Of a DNA stretch of 64,000 nt, positions 48,388-58,613 are shown one piece after another; position 1 is the first letter of the stretch; each line of letters opens with the position of its first letter. The notes under the pieces were generated by a model. It did no database searches and had not been told where the DNA came from. It saw only the letters and a program-made list of their open reading frames with translations. This DNA is from an uncultured virus (IMG/VR IMGVR_UViG_3300038345_000393) (taxonomy: Duplodnaviria; Heunggongvirae; Uroviricota; Caudoviricetes): IMG/VR virus record IMGVR_UViG_3300038345_000393; one strand, 5' to 3'. Position numbers and translations under genes: made by a program.

Positions 48388-48906
48388 CTAATTTTCTGAG
48401 TAATCAATTGATGATGTTAAGTTGGTCTTATCGACCGCCACTTGTAGAGAACTTAATTCTCTTTGATAATGTCTTAAGTATTCTTTCGCCATATTGATGT
48501 CGAACATCGCTTTTGTGAGTGATGAGCTGGCACTTCTATAGCGATCATACGCATAAGCACCGTTTTTAGTCATATTAGTTAAGACTTTAATTTCGCCTCT
48601 GAGTTCAGCGATTCTCACCAAGCCTTCCGCTATAGTGAAGTTGTAACCACTGACTTTTTGTGAGTTATTGAACTCATTGAGCACTTTTTTAATTCTTCTT
48701 TCTTCTTCGTGAAGAGCTCTAACACGATTCCTGTTTTCCTCTAAGTTATAGTTAGATGGATATAATGGGACGAGTGTACTCACCCCATCTTCACGACTTT
48801 CCGTCACAGGAACGAAGGATTTCTCTTCGTCCTCTTGATGGATAGCATTGATTTCTTCTTCAATGTACTTGAGCTTTTTCATAAGCTCGGTTGCGCTTAT
48901 TTGCAT
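48388..48906 (-). CDS. DIP1984/DUF6847-like coiled-coil protein
   Basis: IKKVLNEFN...FTIAEGLVRIAEL...LQVAVDKTN pattern. Confidence 0.55.
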   Translation of the reverse strand: MQISATELMKKLKYIEEEINAIHQEDEEKSFVPVTESREDGVSTLVPLYPSNYNLEENRNRVRALHEEERRIKKVLNEFNNSQKVSGYNFTIAEGLVRIAELRGEIKVLTNMTKNGAYAYDRYRSASSSLTKAMFDINMAKEYLRHYQRELSSLQVAVDKTNLTSSIDYSEN

Positions 48907-49154
48907 ACATATACCTCCTTATTACTGTGTTTAACGCGTCTTTCGCGTTCTTTGGCTTTGCGTTTGTTGGCCGCGATGATTTCTCTACGGATAGAGAGAT
49001 CCCAACCAAGATAATCGCATGCTGAAAGGTAACTTAAGCCTAAGTTGCCGAGCTCTTCGGCACGTTTAGCGAACCTTTTGGCTTCTTCTTTGTTCGCCCA
49101 TCGTAATTGTTTATTGATAGGTTTTCTCCTTAACGGCAGATATATTAATGGCAC
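48897..49154 (-). CDS. small basic hypothetical protein
   Basis: 85-aa ORF overlapping the next gene; GLSYLSACDYL; start uncertain. Confidence 0.5.
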   Translation of the reverse strand: MPLIYLPLRRKPINKQLRWANKEEAKRFAKRAEELGNLGLSYLSACDYLGWDLSIRREIIAANKRKAKERERRVKHSNKEVYVCK

Positions 49155-49212
49155 AAAAAAGGTATCCTGTCATAAAGGACACCATTTTGTGCACATCTAA
49201 GGACATTTTTAT

Positions 49213-49374
49213 TTAAATATCTTCGTCATTTTCTTCTGTTAATTCATGAAGAATTTGCATGATTAATTCTCTTTCTTGTTTTAACCTAATGCCTTCTCTA
49301 ATGAGAAGAACAAGAGCGACGATACAAACAATGGCTAACAAAAGAAGGGCAATACTTGCAATCGCCCTAGCCAT
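49213..49374 (-). CDS. 53-aa single-TM protein (not in ORF track)
   Basis: MARAIASIALLLLAIVCIVALVLLIREG...EENDEDI; overlaps the stop of the HslV-like gene. Confidence 0.55.
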   Translation of the reverse strand: MARAIASIALLLLAIVCIVALVLLIREGIRLKQERELIMQILHELTEENDEDI

Positions 49375-50020
49375 TACCTTTCACTTCCTTATCTTTCTTC
49401 TTGTGGTCACCGAGATACTTGCCCTCATTTTTCTCGGTGACGATTTCGAACTCCCCAGTCTCAGTATCCGTAAGTATGATTGGATAGTCCACGTAAATAT
49501 CACAAGCCGCACTGGACTTGATTGCTTTTACGATCCTTTCCTTAGGACTTTGTCCTTCGGTAGAGAGCAAGCTACCAATCGCTTGATCAGAGCCACTACC
49601 GATGGCGACATAGTCTTCGACTTCGATAACACTCTTATCTTGACCAATACAGTAAAGTTGGTCTTGATAAGCGAATAGGAAGCTTGATTCAAGACAATCA
49701 GTCTTTTCCCCGTCCTTAAGGAAGTTATACCTCGCTAGTTCACTAACGATGTCTGGGACAACTTTCTTGACCACGAAGTCAAAACTGATGTGCTCTTTGT
49801 AAATGTTATATTCGGTCACTAAGTCAGGCATAAGTCTAATGACGTTAGCGTCTCTAAACATACCTACTTGTGCCATCAAGCAATGCGGAGCGCCAATCAC
49901 TCTCCACACTTTGTAGTTGTTTTCGTTTTTAAGTGTTGTTCTTGTGCCACCTCTTGTGACTTGGGAATCCGCACCGATGTAAACCTTACCATTTTCTTTA
50001 ATTGCTACTATTACGCTCAT
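49367..50020 (-). CDS. Ntn-hydrolase (HslV/proteasome beta-like) peptidase
   Basis: MSVIVAI...YIGADSQVT...K and YVAIGSGS. Confidence 0.75.
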   Translation of the reverse strand: MSVIVAIKENGKVYIGADSQVTRGGTRTTLKNENNYKVWRVIGAPHCLMAQVGMFRDANVIRLMPDLVTEYNIYKEHISFDFVVKKVVPDIVSELARYNFLKDGEKTDCLESSFLFAYQDQLYCIGQDKSVIEVEDYVAIGSGSDQAIGSLLSTEGQSPKERIVKAIKSSAACDIYVDYPIILTDTETGEFEIVTEKNEGKYLGDHKKKDKEVKGNG

Positions 50021-50038
50021 ACATTTCTCCTTTATTAA

Positions 50039-51109
50039 TTACTCTGCGTTTATGATGTTAGTGTGACCTAAATACTGGTCACTAACGGCCAATAGGTCAC
50101 ACTCTTTTATCTCTGATAACGTATCGACTGAGATGTCATCTGAATCGTTAAGTCGTCTTGCTTGAAGCTTGATTATATCTTCAAACAAATTACGAACTGA
50201 ACGTCCATTTCCACTCAAATTGTCGATACCATTGAACATTTCCTTGACTCTCTTTTTAGCCTCTTTATCGAGGTGATAGTCGTTGTCCTTTAAGAAGGAC
50301 ATGAAAATGTCCAATAACTCCTCATTAGAGTAGTCATCAAATGAGATGATGGTCTTGAAACGAGAACTAAGACCAGGATTAGCATCAAGGAAATCCTGCA
50401 TCTCGTTTTTGTATCCCGCGACAATGACCACTAAATCATTACGATGGTCCTCTAAGAGTTTTGTTAACGTATCAAGCGCTTCATATCCATATTCATCGTT
50501 ATCATTACGACATATGGCATATGCTTCATCGATGAATAAGACTCCACCGATAGCGCTCTCCACCACCTTTTTAGTCTTTTGAGCGGTTTGACCAGCATAT
50601 GATGCTACTAAACCACTGCGATCAACTTCGACTAGTTTATTAGTGGGTATGACACCTAAAACCTTATATATGTCTGCAAGCATACGTGCTACGCTAGTCT
50701 TACCAGTTCCAGGATTACCAACAAACACTAGGTGTCTGGTAGTTTGAGGAACTTTAAGCCTAAACGCTTTACGTAACTTATTGACATTGATTTCACAAAC
50801 CATGTCATTAATTTGCTCTTTGATACGAGATAAGCCAATCATATGATTAAGCTCATCAAGGTATGGTTTTAAGAGAGCATCCACTCGTTTCTTATCACTA
50901 GCGACGTAATGAACAGTGAATTGGTCCATTAATTTATCGTCGTTAAGGATAAGATGACGATACATGATAGAATATGTGGTAAAGGTTTTGATCTCTTCAC
51001 CAAACTTACATTTGATGAATTCATCATCCTCAATGTCCACGATTACACCATTACCATAATCACGATGGTAAACGCTTTGGTTGATAAGTTTCTTTAAATC
51101 AAATTCCAT
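50039..51109 (-). CDS. CbbX/SpoVK-type AAA+ ATPase
   Basis: HLVFVGNPGTGKT, GGVLFIDEAY, NPGLSSRF, GNGRSVRN. Confidence 0.9.
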   Translation of the reverse strand: MEFDLKKLINQSVYHRDYGNGVIVDIEDDEFIKCKFGEEIKTFTTYSIMYRHLILNDDKLMDQFTVHYVASDKKRVDALLKPYLDELNHMIGLSRIKEQINDMVCEINVNKLRKAFRLKVPQTTRHLVFVGNPGTGKTSVARMLADIYKVLGVIPTNKLVEVDRSGLVASYAGQTAQKTKKVVESAIGGVLFIDEAYAICRNDNDEYGYEALDTLTKLLEDHRNDLVVIVAGYKNEMQDFLDANPGLSSRFKTIISFDDYSNEELLDIFMSFLKDNDYHLDKEAKKRVKEMFNGIDNLSGNGRSVRNLFEDIIKLQARRLNDSDDISVDTLSEIKECDLLAVSDQYLGHTNIINAE

Positions 51110-51128
51110 ATTTACCTCCTCTGTCAGA

Positions 51129-51152
51129 TGGGTATCCTAAAAACGATATTTT
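51129..51152. repeat. 24-bp intergenic repeat, copy 1
   Basis: TGGGTATCCTAAAAACGATATTTT, identical to 58786-58809. Confidence 0.9.
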
Positions 51153-51175
51153 ATATTTTTTCTTATAGAAAAAAC

Positions 51176-51200
51176 AAAAACCGCCATTTTCGGCGGCTTT
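51176..51200 (-). terminator. intrinsic terminator after AddA-like gene
   Basis: CCGCC-ATTTTC-GGCGG stem flanked by A and T runs. Confidence 0.75.
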
Positions 51201-51222
51201 CGTTTATTTTTCGTTAATTTTA

Positions 51223-54200
51223 TTAACTGATATCAATATGATAGATGTGAGCATCAGCATCAACATTAAGTAATCTCTTTAATGCTTCAATATAGGCATC
51301 TAATTGAGTGGCATATAGGTTTTCTAAATTATCATCACTAGCGTTGGTCTTATAGTCGATGATGTGGTATTTGCCATCTTTAATATAGATAAGGTCGATT
51401 GAACCTTGCCATATCTCATTGTTCTTTTTAAAGGAATAAGGACATTCACATATTGTTTCTAAATCTTTTAATTCTTTTAATAAGTCTTGAGGAACTCCGT
51501 TCTTTTGAGGATAACCACCACTTATCATCGTGTCATAAACATTATTTAGGATGGTTTCATATGCGGAACCTTTTTCTAAATAATATTCATTTAAAATAGA
51601 ATCGATTAATACTTCTTTAGCGATGCTTCCTTTAGAATTGACTAATTTCTCCATTAATCTATGGACAATAGTACCTTTGACTGTGCTGTCATTGCCTTCA
51701 GAAGATTCGAAAGTCGCTAAATCGTCTAAATCATCAGCGGCATCCTTTTTACTTACTAAATGAGCTTGTTTACTTGGACTCATTTCAACATATGTTGCTT
51801 CTTGATTAAAACCTTTAACTTTATTAGAAGAGAAATCGTTTTGTGTATCAAATCCAATATCAGGTAAATCAGAATGAGGTATTTCTTTTAATTCGCTTGG
51901 TCTAATGTAATTCCAAACACTGTTGTTTTGGCTTTTTGGAGGAATAGCGAGGATGTTTCTAGCTCTTGTAACTGCGACATAGCCTAGGCGTTTATCTTCT
52001 GCCTCTTTCTTGCCTTTTGCTAATGCTTCTTGACTAGCGTATAAATTGCCTGCCTCAATGTCATAGAATTTTTGATTATTATATTCATATTCTGATGTTC
52101 TAAAGATGTAGGCTTGACCTGTTTGATAATCACTATCGTTTATTTCTTTTCTTCCACCAGCAGAAACGCTTTCATATAAAATAACGACTGGTCTTTCTAA
52201 TCCTTTTACTTTGTGGACATTAGCTAAAAAGATAGCATCTGGCTTATTTTTCAGATTAGCGCATCTTTCTAATGGAGTTTGGACAAACTCTTTTAAGAAA
52301 TCAAAAGCGCTTCTCATATCAGAGATAACTTTAGAGTTATACGCTTCTTTTAATTTCTCAAACGTGAACATTAAATATTCATAGTTAGAAGAATTAACTA
52401 GTTCATAAAGAACCATTTGTTTCATCAAGATATCAAACACCATGACTGGATTATCGTTATTCTTAAGTGATTCAATACCCAACAATAAGTTCTTTTGATC
52501 TGAATTAGGTAAATCATCAACGGATGAGATATACGCTAAATCATTAGGAACAATTGTAAATAAAGGCGAAGAAAGAACATTGGTTAATGCTCCTGGTTCA
52601 TCAACAATATAGGCAAATAAGGCATATATCGTTTGAATAATATCATTATCGCTTATATCGAATTTACCTTCACAATACGCAGGAATGTGTTCTTGCATCA
52701 ATTCTTTTAATATTATTTGATGTTTGGCCTTTGACCAAGTCAAAAGCATAATGTCTTTATATTCGATGAGTCTTTTACCGAATGTTCTTGGCGATTGATT
52801 AAAGGCGTGAGGGTCATCTTCAAGGGCGTCTTCTTCTTTTTTTGCGATTTCTTTATCAAAAATATAGTGTTTACCCACTAGTTCTTTAATTGCGCTTATA
52901 TGATTAGAACAAGCATAGACACCAGATAAGACATCATTCTTAATTGATCTATCAGGTTCTTTAATACAATCAATTGGAATTGGATCGTAATTTGCTAAAT
53001 CGCTAAATTGATCATTAAAGTATTCGCATAAGTTAGAAGTAGAACGGAAGTTCTTTGTTAAATAGACCACACCATTTTCATTTTGGTCATAAACACTTTC
53101 AAATAGTGATTTTGTATTAAGATAAGCATTTACGTCTGCGCCTCTAAATCCATAAATGGATTGTTTTGGGTCACCAACAATAAATAATCTTCCTGCAATT
53201 GGTTTGCAGTCTTCCATTTTAGTAGCCGCAACACTTGAACATAAATAGATAAATAATTCTGTTTGAATAGGTGAAGTATCTTGTGATTCATCTAAAAGGA
53301 AATATTGGTGTTTATTTCTAATATGATTAATAAGGTTCATGCCTTTACTCATATCGTCTTTAACCATATCTCTAAAAGTAATAAGATATTCGTTAAAACT
53401 CAATTTACCTTGTTTCTTTAAGACTTTTCTAATCTCGTTAGCGGCGCTTACTAAGAAATCTAAGGCATATCTATAGATAAGAACATCGATTTTATTGCAG
53501 AAAGTTTTATATGTGCCATCTTCTGTGGTAAAGACGAAATCATAACCACCTGGCTTAGTAACACCATTTCTACTTGATGACTTTGTAAATTTTGTATCAA
53601 AAAATTCAAATGTTGGCTGATTCTCAAAGCGGATACCATCTACCGCCTTTTTAAGCGATTTTTTAAAGCGAGAAATGCTATCTAATGTCCATTCTTTCTT
53701 CAAAGAATTATATGATCTAACAAAAGAATCATATGCATCATTGATGGCAGGGAAATCTACGACATTAGCTTTTGAAGTACTAACAACCTGTAAATCATTC
53801 ATGATGTGATCGTAGTATTCATCTTTTAAGTCTTGTAAGGCTTCACTAGCGCTTTTAGTTGGTCTATCAAAAACGATATTTAAGTGAGAGTAATCCATCA
53901 CCGATTGAATAGATTTAGCAAACACTTCCGCACCATTAGTGAATAGTTTATTAAAAACAATAAATTTATCTTTAAGAGGATGATTTGGATCATTAGCGAT
54001 ATTTTTATATTCTTTTTTACAGAGTTCCACTAATTCATCATCCATCACAACAACACTTGAAGATGGAATATTAGCGTTGTTTGGATATTCAGAGAGAACA
54101 AGATTACAGAATGAATCAATCGTACCCGTGAAGCATAAATCAATATCTTTTAAGGCTTGTTTACAAAGTGCAGCAGTTGGATCTGTAGGAGTTGGTAAAT

Positions 54201-54492
54201 CACCGGGATATTTGTTTCCTTCTTTATATGGCTTTTCTGATCTTTCTTTTAGTTTCTTTTGAAATCTTTCTAAAAATTCTGCTGCCGCTTTTTTAGTAAA
54301 AGTAATCGCGCATATTTTAGAAACATCAATACCAGCTTCCACCATGGCTACCATTCTAGAGACAAGCATTGATGTCTTGCCTGAACCAGCGCCAGCGATG
54401 ACAAAAAGGTTTTTATTTAAAGATTTGATAATTGTATATCTACTATCTTCATCAATTTGCATTGATTGATTGATATTTAAAACTGGACTCAT
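51223..54492 (-). CDS. UvrD/AddA-like helicase-nuclease
   Basis: AGAGSGKT, LDESQD, VGDPKQSIYGFRGA, HKVKGLE, YVAVTRA, GSID...IDYKT. Confidence 0.9.
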   Translation of the reverse strand: MSPVLNINQSMQIDEDSRYTIIKSLNKNLFVIAGAGSGKTSMLVSRMVAMVEAGIDVSKICAITFTKKAAAEFLERFQKKLKERSEKPYKEGNKYPGDLPTPTDPTAALCKQALKDIDLCFTGTIDSFCNLVLSEYPNNANIPSSSVVVMDDELVELCKKEYKNIANDPNHPLKDKFIVFNKLFTNGAEVFAKSIQSVMDYSHLNIVFDRPTKSASEALQDLKDEYYDHIMNDLQVVSTSKANVVDFPAINDAYDSFVRSYNSLKKEWTLDSISRFKKSLKKAVDGIRFENQPTFEFFDTKFTKSSSRNGVTKPGGYDFVFTTEDGTYKTFCNKIDVLIYRYALDFLVSAANEIRKVLKKQGKLSFNEYLITFRDMVKDDMSKGMNLINHIRNKHQYFLLDESQDTSPIQTELFIYLCSSVAATKMEDCKPIAGRLFIVGDPKQSIYGFRGADVNAYLNTKSLFESVYDQNENGVVYLTKNFRSTSNLCEYFNDQFSDLANYDPIPIDCIKEPDRSIKNDVLSGVYACSNHISAIKELVGKHYIFDKEIAKKEEDALEDDPHAFNQSPRTFGKRLIEYKDIMLLTWSKAKHQIILKELMQEHIPAYCEGKFDISDNDIIQTIYALFAYIVDEPGALTNVLSSPLFTIVPNDLAYISSVDDLPNSDQKNLLLGIESLKNNDNPVMVFDILMKQMVLYELVNSSNYEYLMFTFEKLKEAYNSKVISDMRSAFDFLKEFVQTPLERCANLKNKPDAIFLANVHKVKGLERPVVILYESVSAGGRKEINDSDYQTGQAYIFRTSEYEYNNQKFYDIEAGNLYASQEALAKGKKEAEDKRLGYVAVTRARNILAIPPKSQNNSVWNYIRPSELKEIPHSDLPDIGFDTQNDFSSNKVKGFNQEATYVEMSPSKQAHLVSKKDAADDLDDLATFESSEGNDSTVKGTIVHRLMEKLVNSKGSIAKEVLIDSILNEYYLEKGSAYETILNNVYDTMISGGYPQKNGVPQDLLKELKDLETICECPYSFKKNNEIWQGSIDLIYIKDGKYHIIDYKTNASDDNLENLYATQLDAYIEALKRLLNVDADAHIYHIDIS

Positions 54493-56909
54493 TATTGTTT
54501 AATCCTCCTTATCAAAGATAAGAGATAATAGTATTTGTCGATGTGCTTTTGGTCCTTCAAGACAATACCATTAAACAATTCGTTATTTTCGATAGCGGTT
54601 TTAAATTCATCACACTTTTCAATAAGGGCATCTTCATTTTCTTGTGTGTAATGAATAGGAACTATATCACCACTATCAGGATATCTAAATTCAATACGGT
54701 CTATCGTGATACCTCTTTTTTTGTATTTATCACTGTGGTTAATAAGATAGCCATAGATTAATCCTTGAATGCAAGAGACAACGTCTTCTTTTTTGTGAGT
54801 AACGTTTCTTCCTGTTTTATAGTCAACGAGGATATATTTACCGAATTTATCTTTTTCAATACGGTCAAAGCGACCACCGAAAAGGATATCGGAAATCTTT
54901 CCATCAACATATTCTTCTGCGGCAATAAATTCATTGCCAGGATCATCTCTATAGACGTTTTCAATGATTCTAAAATATTCTTCTTTGGCGCGTTCTAAAG
55001 AAGAAGGAATAACAGGAGGTTTAGTTAAGATAAAGTCATTAAATGCTTTTTCTGCTTCTTTATAGAAAGTAGCGTAATTAACTTTGTCTTTTTGGAAATG
55101 TTCCGTTAAGGCATGGATTAACGTACCTCTTTCGTTAGAAGAAATAATTGAGTAAACATCATCTTCATCTTGTACATCGATACCTAAGATATTAGAAAAT
55201 AAGAAACTCACTTTATTTTCTGATTCAAAGAATCCGTGGAATGAAGATGGGGAATATTTCTTCGCTAATAATGCCTTAGGACTTAAATCAATGCTTAATG
55301 AAGGGTCTTTAGTTAAAACATATTTATTTAGTAAATGCGCGTTATAAACTTCTTTATTAACAGATAATGATAAGTCTTTATAATCATAAGAAGGACATTT
55401 ACTAGCATCACCTGGATATAAATCAAAGAAGACGGAAGAAGGATTATTATCTTCTAAAGCCGCTAATTCAAAATATGGATATGTTAGATATAAGTCTTCA
55501 CTAGCGTTAATAAGCGCTCTAAGAACTCTTTCTTTTCTTCTTACTATTTCCTTTGAATCATAGTAATTCGAGCCTGTTTTAGCGTATTCTTCATCAAAGA
55601 TGAGGTAGTTTTCTTTAGGACCACCAGGGAAATTACTATCTAAGCCGATAATAAAGACATGCTTTCTTAAGGAACTAATCGCTGAATTGATGTCAGTGAT
55701 ATATAGACATCCAGATTTAGCAACTTTCCTATTAGCGGTGCCTTGAATCAAATCACGAAGAATTTCTTTTTGATCAAAGCCATATTCTTTAGAAGCTTTC
55801 TCCACTGCTTCAATGTTAGAAATAACCGCTTCATCTAAAGGAGTAGCATCCACTAAATACTCTTTAATGAAGGAAGCTCTGCCTTTGGCTAACGATTCTT
55901 GTAATTTCAAAAGCATTGAAGATATATATGATTTATATAGTTCTTGATGAATTGTTTCTTTATTATCAAAACTTAGTCTTAACCAACCCGCGTATTTAAT
56001 AAAATCATTGAAGGCGCGTTCTAAATTATATTCAGTTGGAGGAATCATATCCTTAAAGATTTGGCTATTAAATACTTTTGAATTAAATAAATAACGATAT
56101 CCATCTACACCATATGACATATCTTCTAACTTAAAGAGATAACTTAATAAGATACCAGCATCAGAAGAAATGATTGGTAAGCCAATATGAGATGTATAAG
56201 GAATATTAAGCGCTCGAGCAGTCTTCACCACTTCTAAAGCATCTTCACTAGTGGTTAGTACGATTTCACATTCATCAATTGGATATTTTTGTATCTCGGA
56301 GAAAACATAATCGGCTTCGCAAGGTTTACCATATGCTTTCATAAAATGAATATCTTTATCTTTTTTATTAAAGACATCACTTAAAGAAAGCGTTTTCACG
56401 CTTAAGAAAACCTTTTGGATCATCTTTAAAAAGACTTGCGTGATATCGTATTCTTCAAAATATGAACATTCCATATCAAGTTTGATATCAGAATTAAGAA
56501 TATAGTTAATTAAGTCGTTTTTATCGTAAAGTTTATTGTCTTTTTTATATTGTTCGTATTGTTGATATTTATCTTTGATAAGGTTCTTCTTATCTAAGAA
56601 ATCATTAGAAAGATTGTTGTCTAGGGACGCTAAAATATCTCCTTCAACACAATCACGATATGAGTCTATTGCACTTCTTAAGTTTTTGGCGTCGTTATAA
56701 TCGCCACTACCAAGATGATAATAAATATAGTCTTCTTCTTTTGAAGATATAAATGTGCCTTCTGGCATTTTATTGGAGTGTTCAAGAATAAAAATACAAA
56801 GCTCGACATCGTTCATCACTCTTAAATTAAAAGTGTTGTGTCCAAGTTTTGCTAATGTTCTTAAATACTCAGTTTGATTAAAACTATTAGAGAATAGTAT
56901 TTTTTCCAT
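54492..56909 (-). CDS. AddB-like protein with C-terminal PD-(D/E)xK nuclease
   Basis: RGTLIH, GRFDRIE...VDYKTG; coupled to the AddA-like gene. Confidence 0.8.
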   Translation of the reverse strand: MEKILFSNSFNQTEYLRTLAKLGHNTFNLRVMNDVELCIFILEHSNKMPEGTFISSKEEDYIYYHLGSGDYNDAKNLRSAIDSYRDCVEGDILASLDNNLSNDFLDKKNLIKDKYQQYEQYKKDNKLYDKNDLINYILNSDIKLDMECSYFEEYDITQVFLKMIQKVFLSVKTLSLSDVFNKKDKDIHFMKAYGKPCEADYVFSEIQKYPIDECEIVLTTSEDALEVVKTARALNIPYTSHIGLPIISSDAGILLSYLFKLEDMSYGVDGYRYLFNSKVFNSQIFKDMIPPTEYNLERAFNDFIKYAGWLRLSFDNKETIHQELYKSYISSMLLKLQESLAKGRASFIKEYLVDATPLDEAVISNIEAVEKASKEYGFDQKEILRDLIQGTANRKVAKSGCLYITDINSAISSLRKHVFIIGLDSNFPGGPKENYLIFDEEYAKTGSNYYDSKEIVRRKERVLRALINASEDLYLTYPYFELAALEDNNPSSVFFDLYPGDASKCPSYDYKDLSLSVNKEVYNAHLLNKYVLTKDPSLSIDLSPKALLAKKYSPSSFHGFFESENKVSFLFSNILGIDVQDEDDVYSIISSNERGTLIHALTEHFQKDKVNYATFYKEAEKAFNDFILTKPPVIPSSLERAKEEYFRIIENVYRDDPGNEFIAAEEYVDGKISDILFGGRFDRIEKDKFGKYILVDYKTGRNVTHKKEDVVSCIQGLIYGYLINHSDKYKKRGITIDRIEFRYPDSGDIVPIHYTQENEDALIEKCDEFKTAIENNELFNGIVLKDQKHIDKYYYLLSLIRRIKQ

Positions 56910-56980
56910 TTTTATTACCTATAATAGATTATTTTATAACAAATGTGCTTTCTTTATAAAGCACTGTTATATTCTATTTA

Positions 56981-57445
56981 TTACTCCTCTCTTGTTATCG
57001 ACCAGAAGAAACTGTGAAGCTTTTCATCAAACGAAGAATTTCTTCTTTTAGCGTAAGGAAATTTCTTTTTGAATTCAGTGAATGGAGGATAGACAAAGTC
57101 ATCACCGAATAGAGTTTTTAAGAATTGTTCCTTAGTATCTAATTCGTAATATAAGTCGCACGCTCTTTTGTTGCGTTTTCTTACTTCCTTGTCAACTTTA
57201 TCAAGTGCCTTCTTACGCTCTTCTTCTTTCTTTTCTTCATCATTAATGATTGCCATCATTTGAGCATTCAACACTTCATCAGCGAATTTAATAGAAGAAG
57301 ATTTGAAAGCAAGATCAGGCTTAAAGATTTTTCTTTCATTAGGAAATTCAATAGTGATTCTTTCATTAGTTAAGGTCACTACTCTCCCCCTAACCCCATT
57401 AGAATTAAGGATTTCTTGATTAATAAATTGCTCGTAATTATTCAT
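56981..57445 (-). CDS. hypothetical protein
   Basis: 154-aa ORF overlapping the upstream gene. Confidence 0.6.
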   Translation of the reverse strand: MNNYEQFINQEILNSNGVRGRVVTLTNERITIEFPNERKIFKPDLAFKSSSIKFADEVLNAQMMAIINDEEKKEEERKKALDKVDKEVRKRNKRACDLYYELDTKEQFLKTLFGDDFVYPPFTEFKKKFPYAKRRNSSFDEKLHSFFWSITREE

Positions 57446-58424
57446 CTACTTCCTCCACTTCTTCTTCAAATTCAAGTTCGTTTTTAGCGTATGCTTTCAC
57501 TAATACCACCAAATCATTGAAGCGCTTGTTATTCATGATATGGTCATAAATAATGACAAATAGTCTTTCAAAAGCATTGAATGACTTCGGCATCAATTTG
57601 ATTAAATTATCAAATCTTGTGTGGTTGCCAGTCACTTTCTCTTTAAACAAATTAGCGAAGAATTCTTGCACTAATAGTTCTTTGTTCAAATTATAGTATT
57701 CAATAGAATGACCTCTTAAATAATGATAAGAAATGTCGTATTTTGAGGACAAAGCATCCATAATTGGAGAATACTTTTGTTCTACAATATCAAAACATTT
57801 CTTTTTAATGATTTGATAATAGACTTCCACAAAGCCAGATTCATATAACTCTTTATGAATAGCTTTTCTTTCTAGTGTCTTGTTTGTGTTATCTAATTTG
57901 ACATATAAAGGCAAATATTTAGCAAATAAATCATAAGCGCCTTTATAAATGTTTGAGTCAACGTTATTAGCGTATTCCCTCATTACTTCCTTATATAGTT
58001 CCTCTTCTTTTTCTTCAAATTCCTCACGGAAGATTTGTTCTAAAGTCTTACCGTCTCTAACGATTACATGACTAGAAAAAGAACAAAAGTCCCCAAATAA
58101 GAAATCTGTAGCGTGGCCTAGTTCATGAGCGAATGTTTCTGGATCACGGAAATTAACATAGATTTCCATTTTCCTTCTTTTTGAATAATTGTTAGATTCA
58201 CCATGCTCTTTAACGTGACAACGTCCCGCACTGCTATATGGTTTGATTTTTAAAGCAGTGTTAGAAAGAAGTTTATTAACAAAATCTCTATAAGCAGGAG
58301 AGATATGAATAGCTTGTTTAATAATATTCTTGTAGTTATTTCGATAAAGACGTTTGGTCTTTTTCTCAATGCTTTTAGCAAAGATATTAATGTCATCTTG
58401 ATTTGGATGAGTTACTGCTAGCAT
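57438..58424 (-). CDS. zincin-like metallopeptidase
   Basis: FAHELGHATD (HExxH) and downstream QEFFAN. Confidence 0.65.
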   Translation of the reverse strand: MLAVTHPNQDDINIFAKSIEKKTKRLYRNNYKNIIKQAIHISPAYRDFVNKLLSNTALKIKPYSSAGRCHVKEHGESNNYSKRRKMEIYVNFRDPETFAHELGHATDFLFGDFCSFSSHVIVRDGKTLEQIFREEFEEKEEELYKEVMREYANNVDSNIYKGAYDLFAKYLPLYVKLDNTNKTLERKAIHKELYESGFVEVYYQIIKKKCFDIVEQKYSPIMDALSSKYDISYHYLRGHSIEYYNLNKELLVQEFFANLFKEKVTGNHTRFDNLIKLMPKSFNAFERLFVIIYDHIMNNKRFNDLVVLVKAYAKNELEFEEEVEEVDE

Positions 58425-58436
58425 ATTATTTCCTCC

Positions 58437-58613
58437 TTATTCTATTAAGAGAGTGTCTAATTCTCTTTCTTCGATGTTGAGGAAAAAATCCTCAATGAAT
58501 GATGTTTGTGGTTCATCAAGAAGAGCGGTAATCTCTTCTAATGACATCGAGTTGATGATTTCATCATTACTTTTAATGACGAGTGTTTGTGTTGCTTCTT
58601 TCTTTTTCTTCAT
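58437..58613 (-). CDS. 58-aa acidic protein (not in ORF track)
   Basis: MKKKKEATQTLVIKSNDEIINSMSLEEITALLDEPQTSFIEDFFLNIEERELDTLLIE with GGAGG RBS. Confidence 0.6.
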   Translation of the reverse strand: MKKKKEATQTLVIKSNDEIINSMSLEEITALLDEPQTSFIEDFFLNIEERELDTLLIE

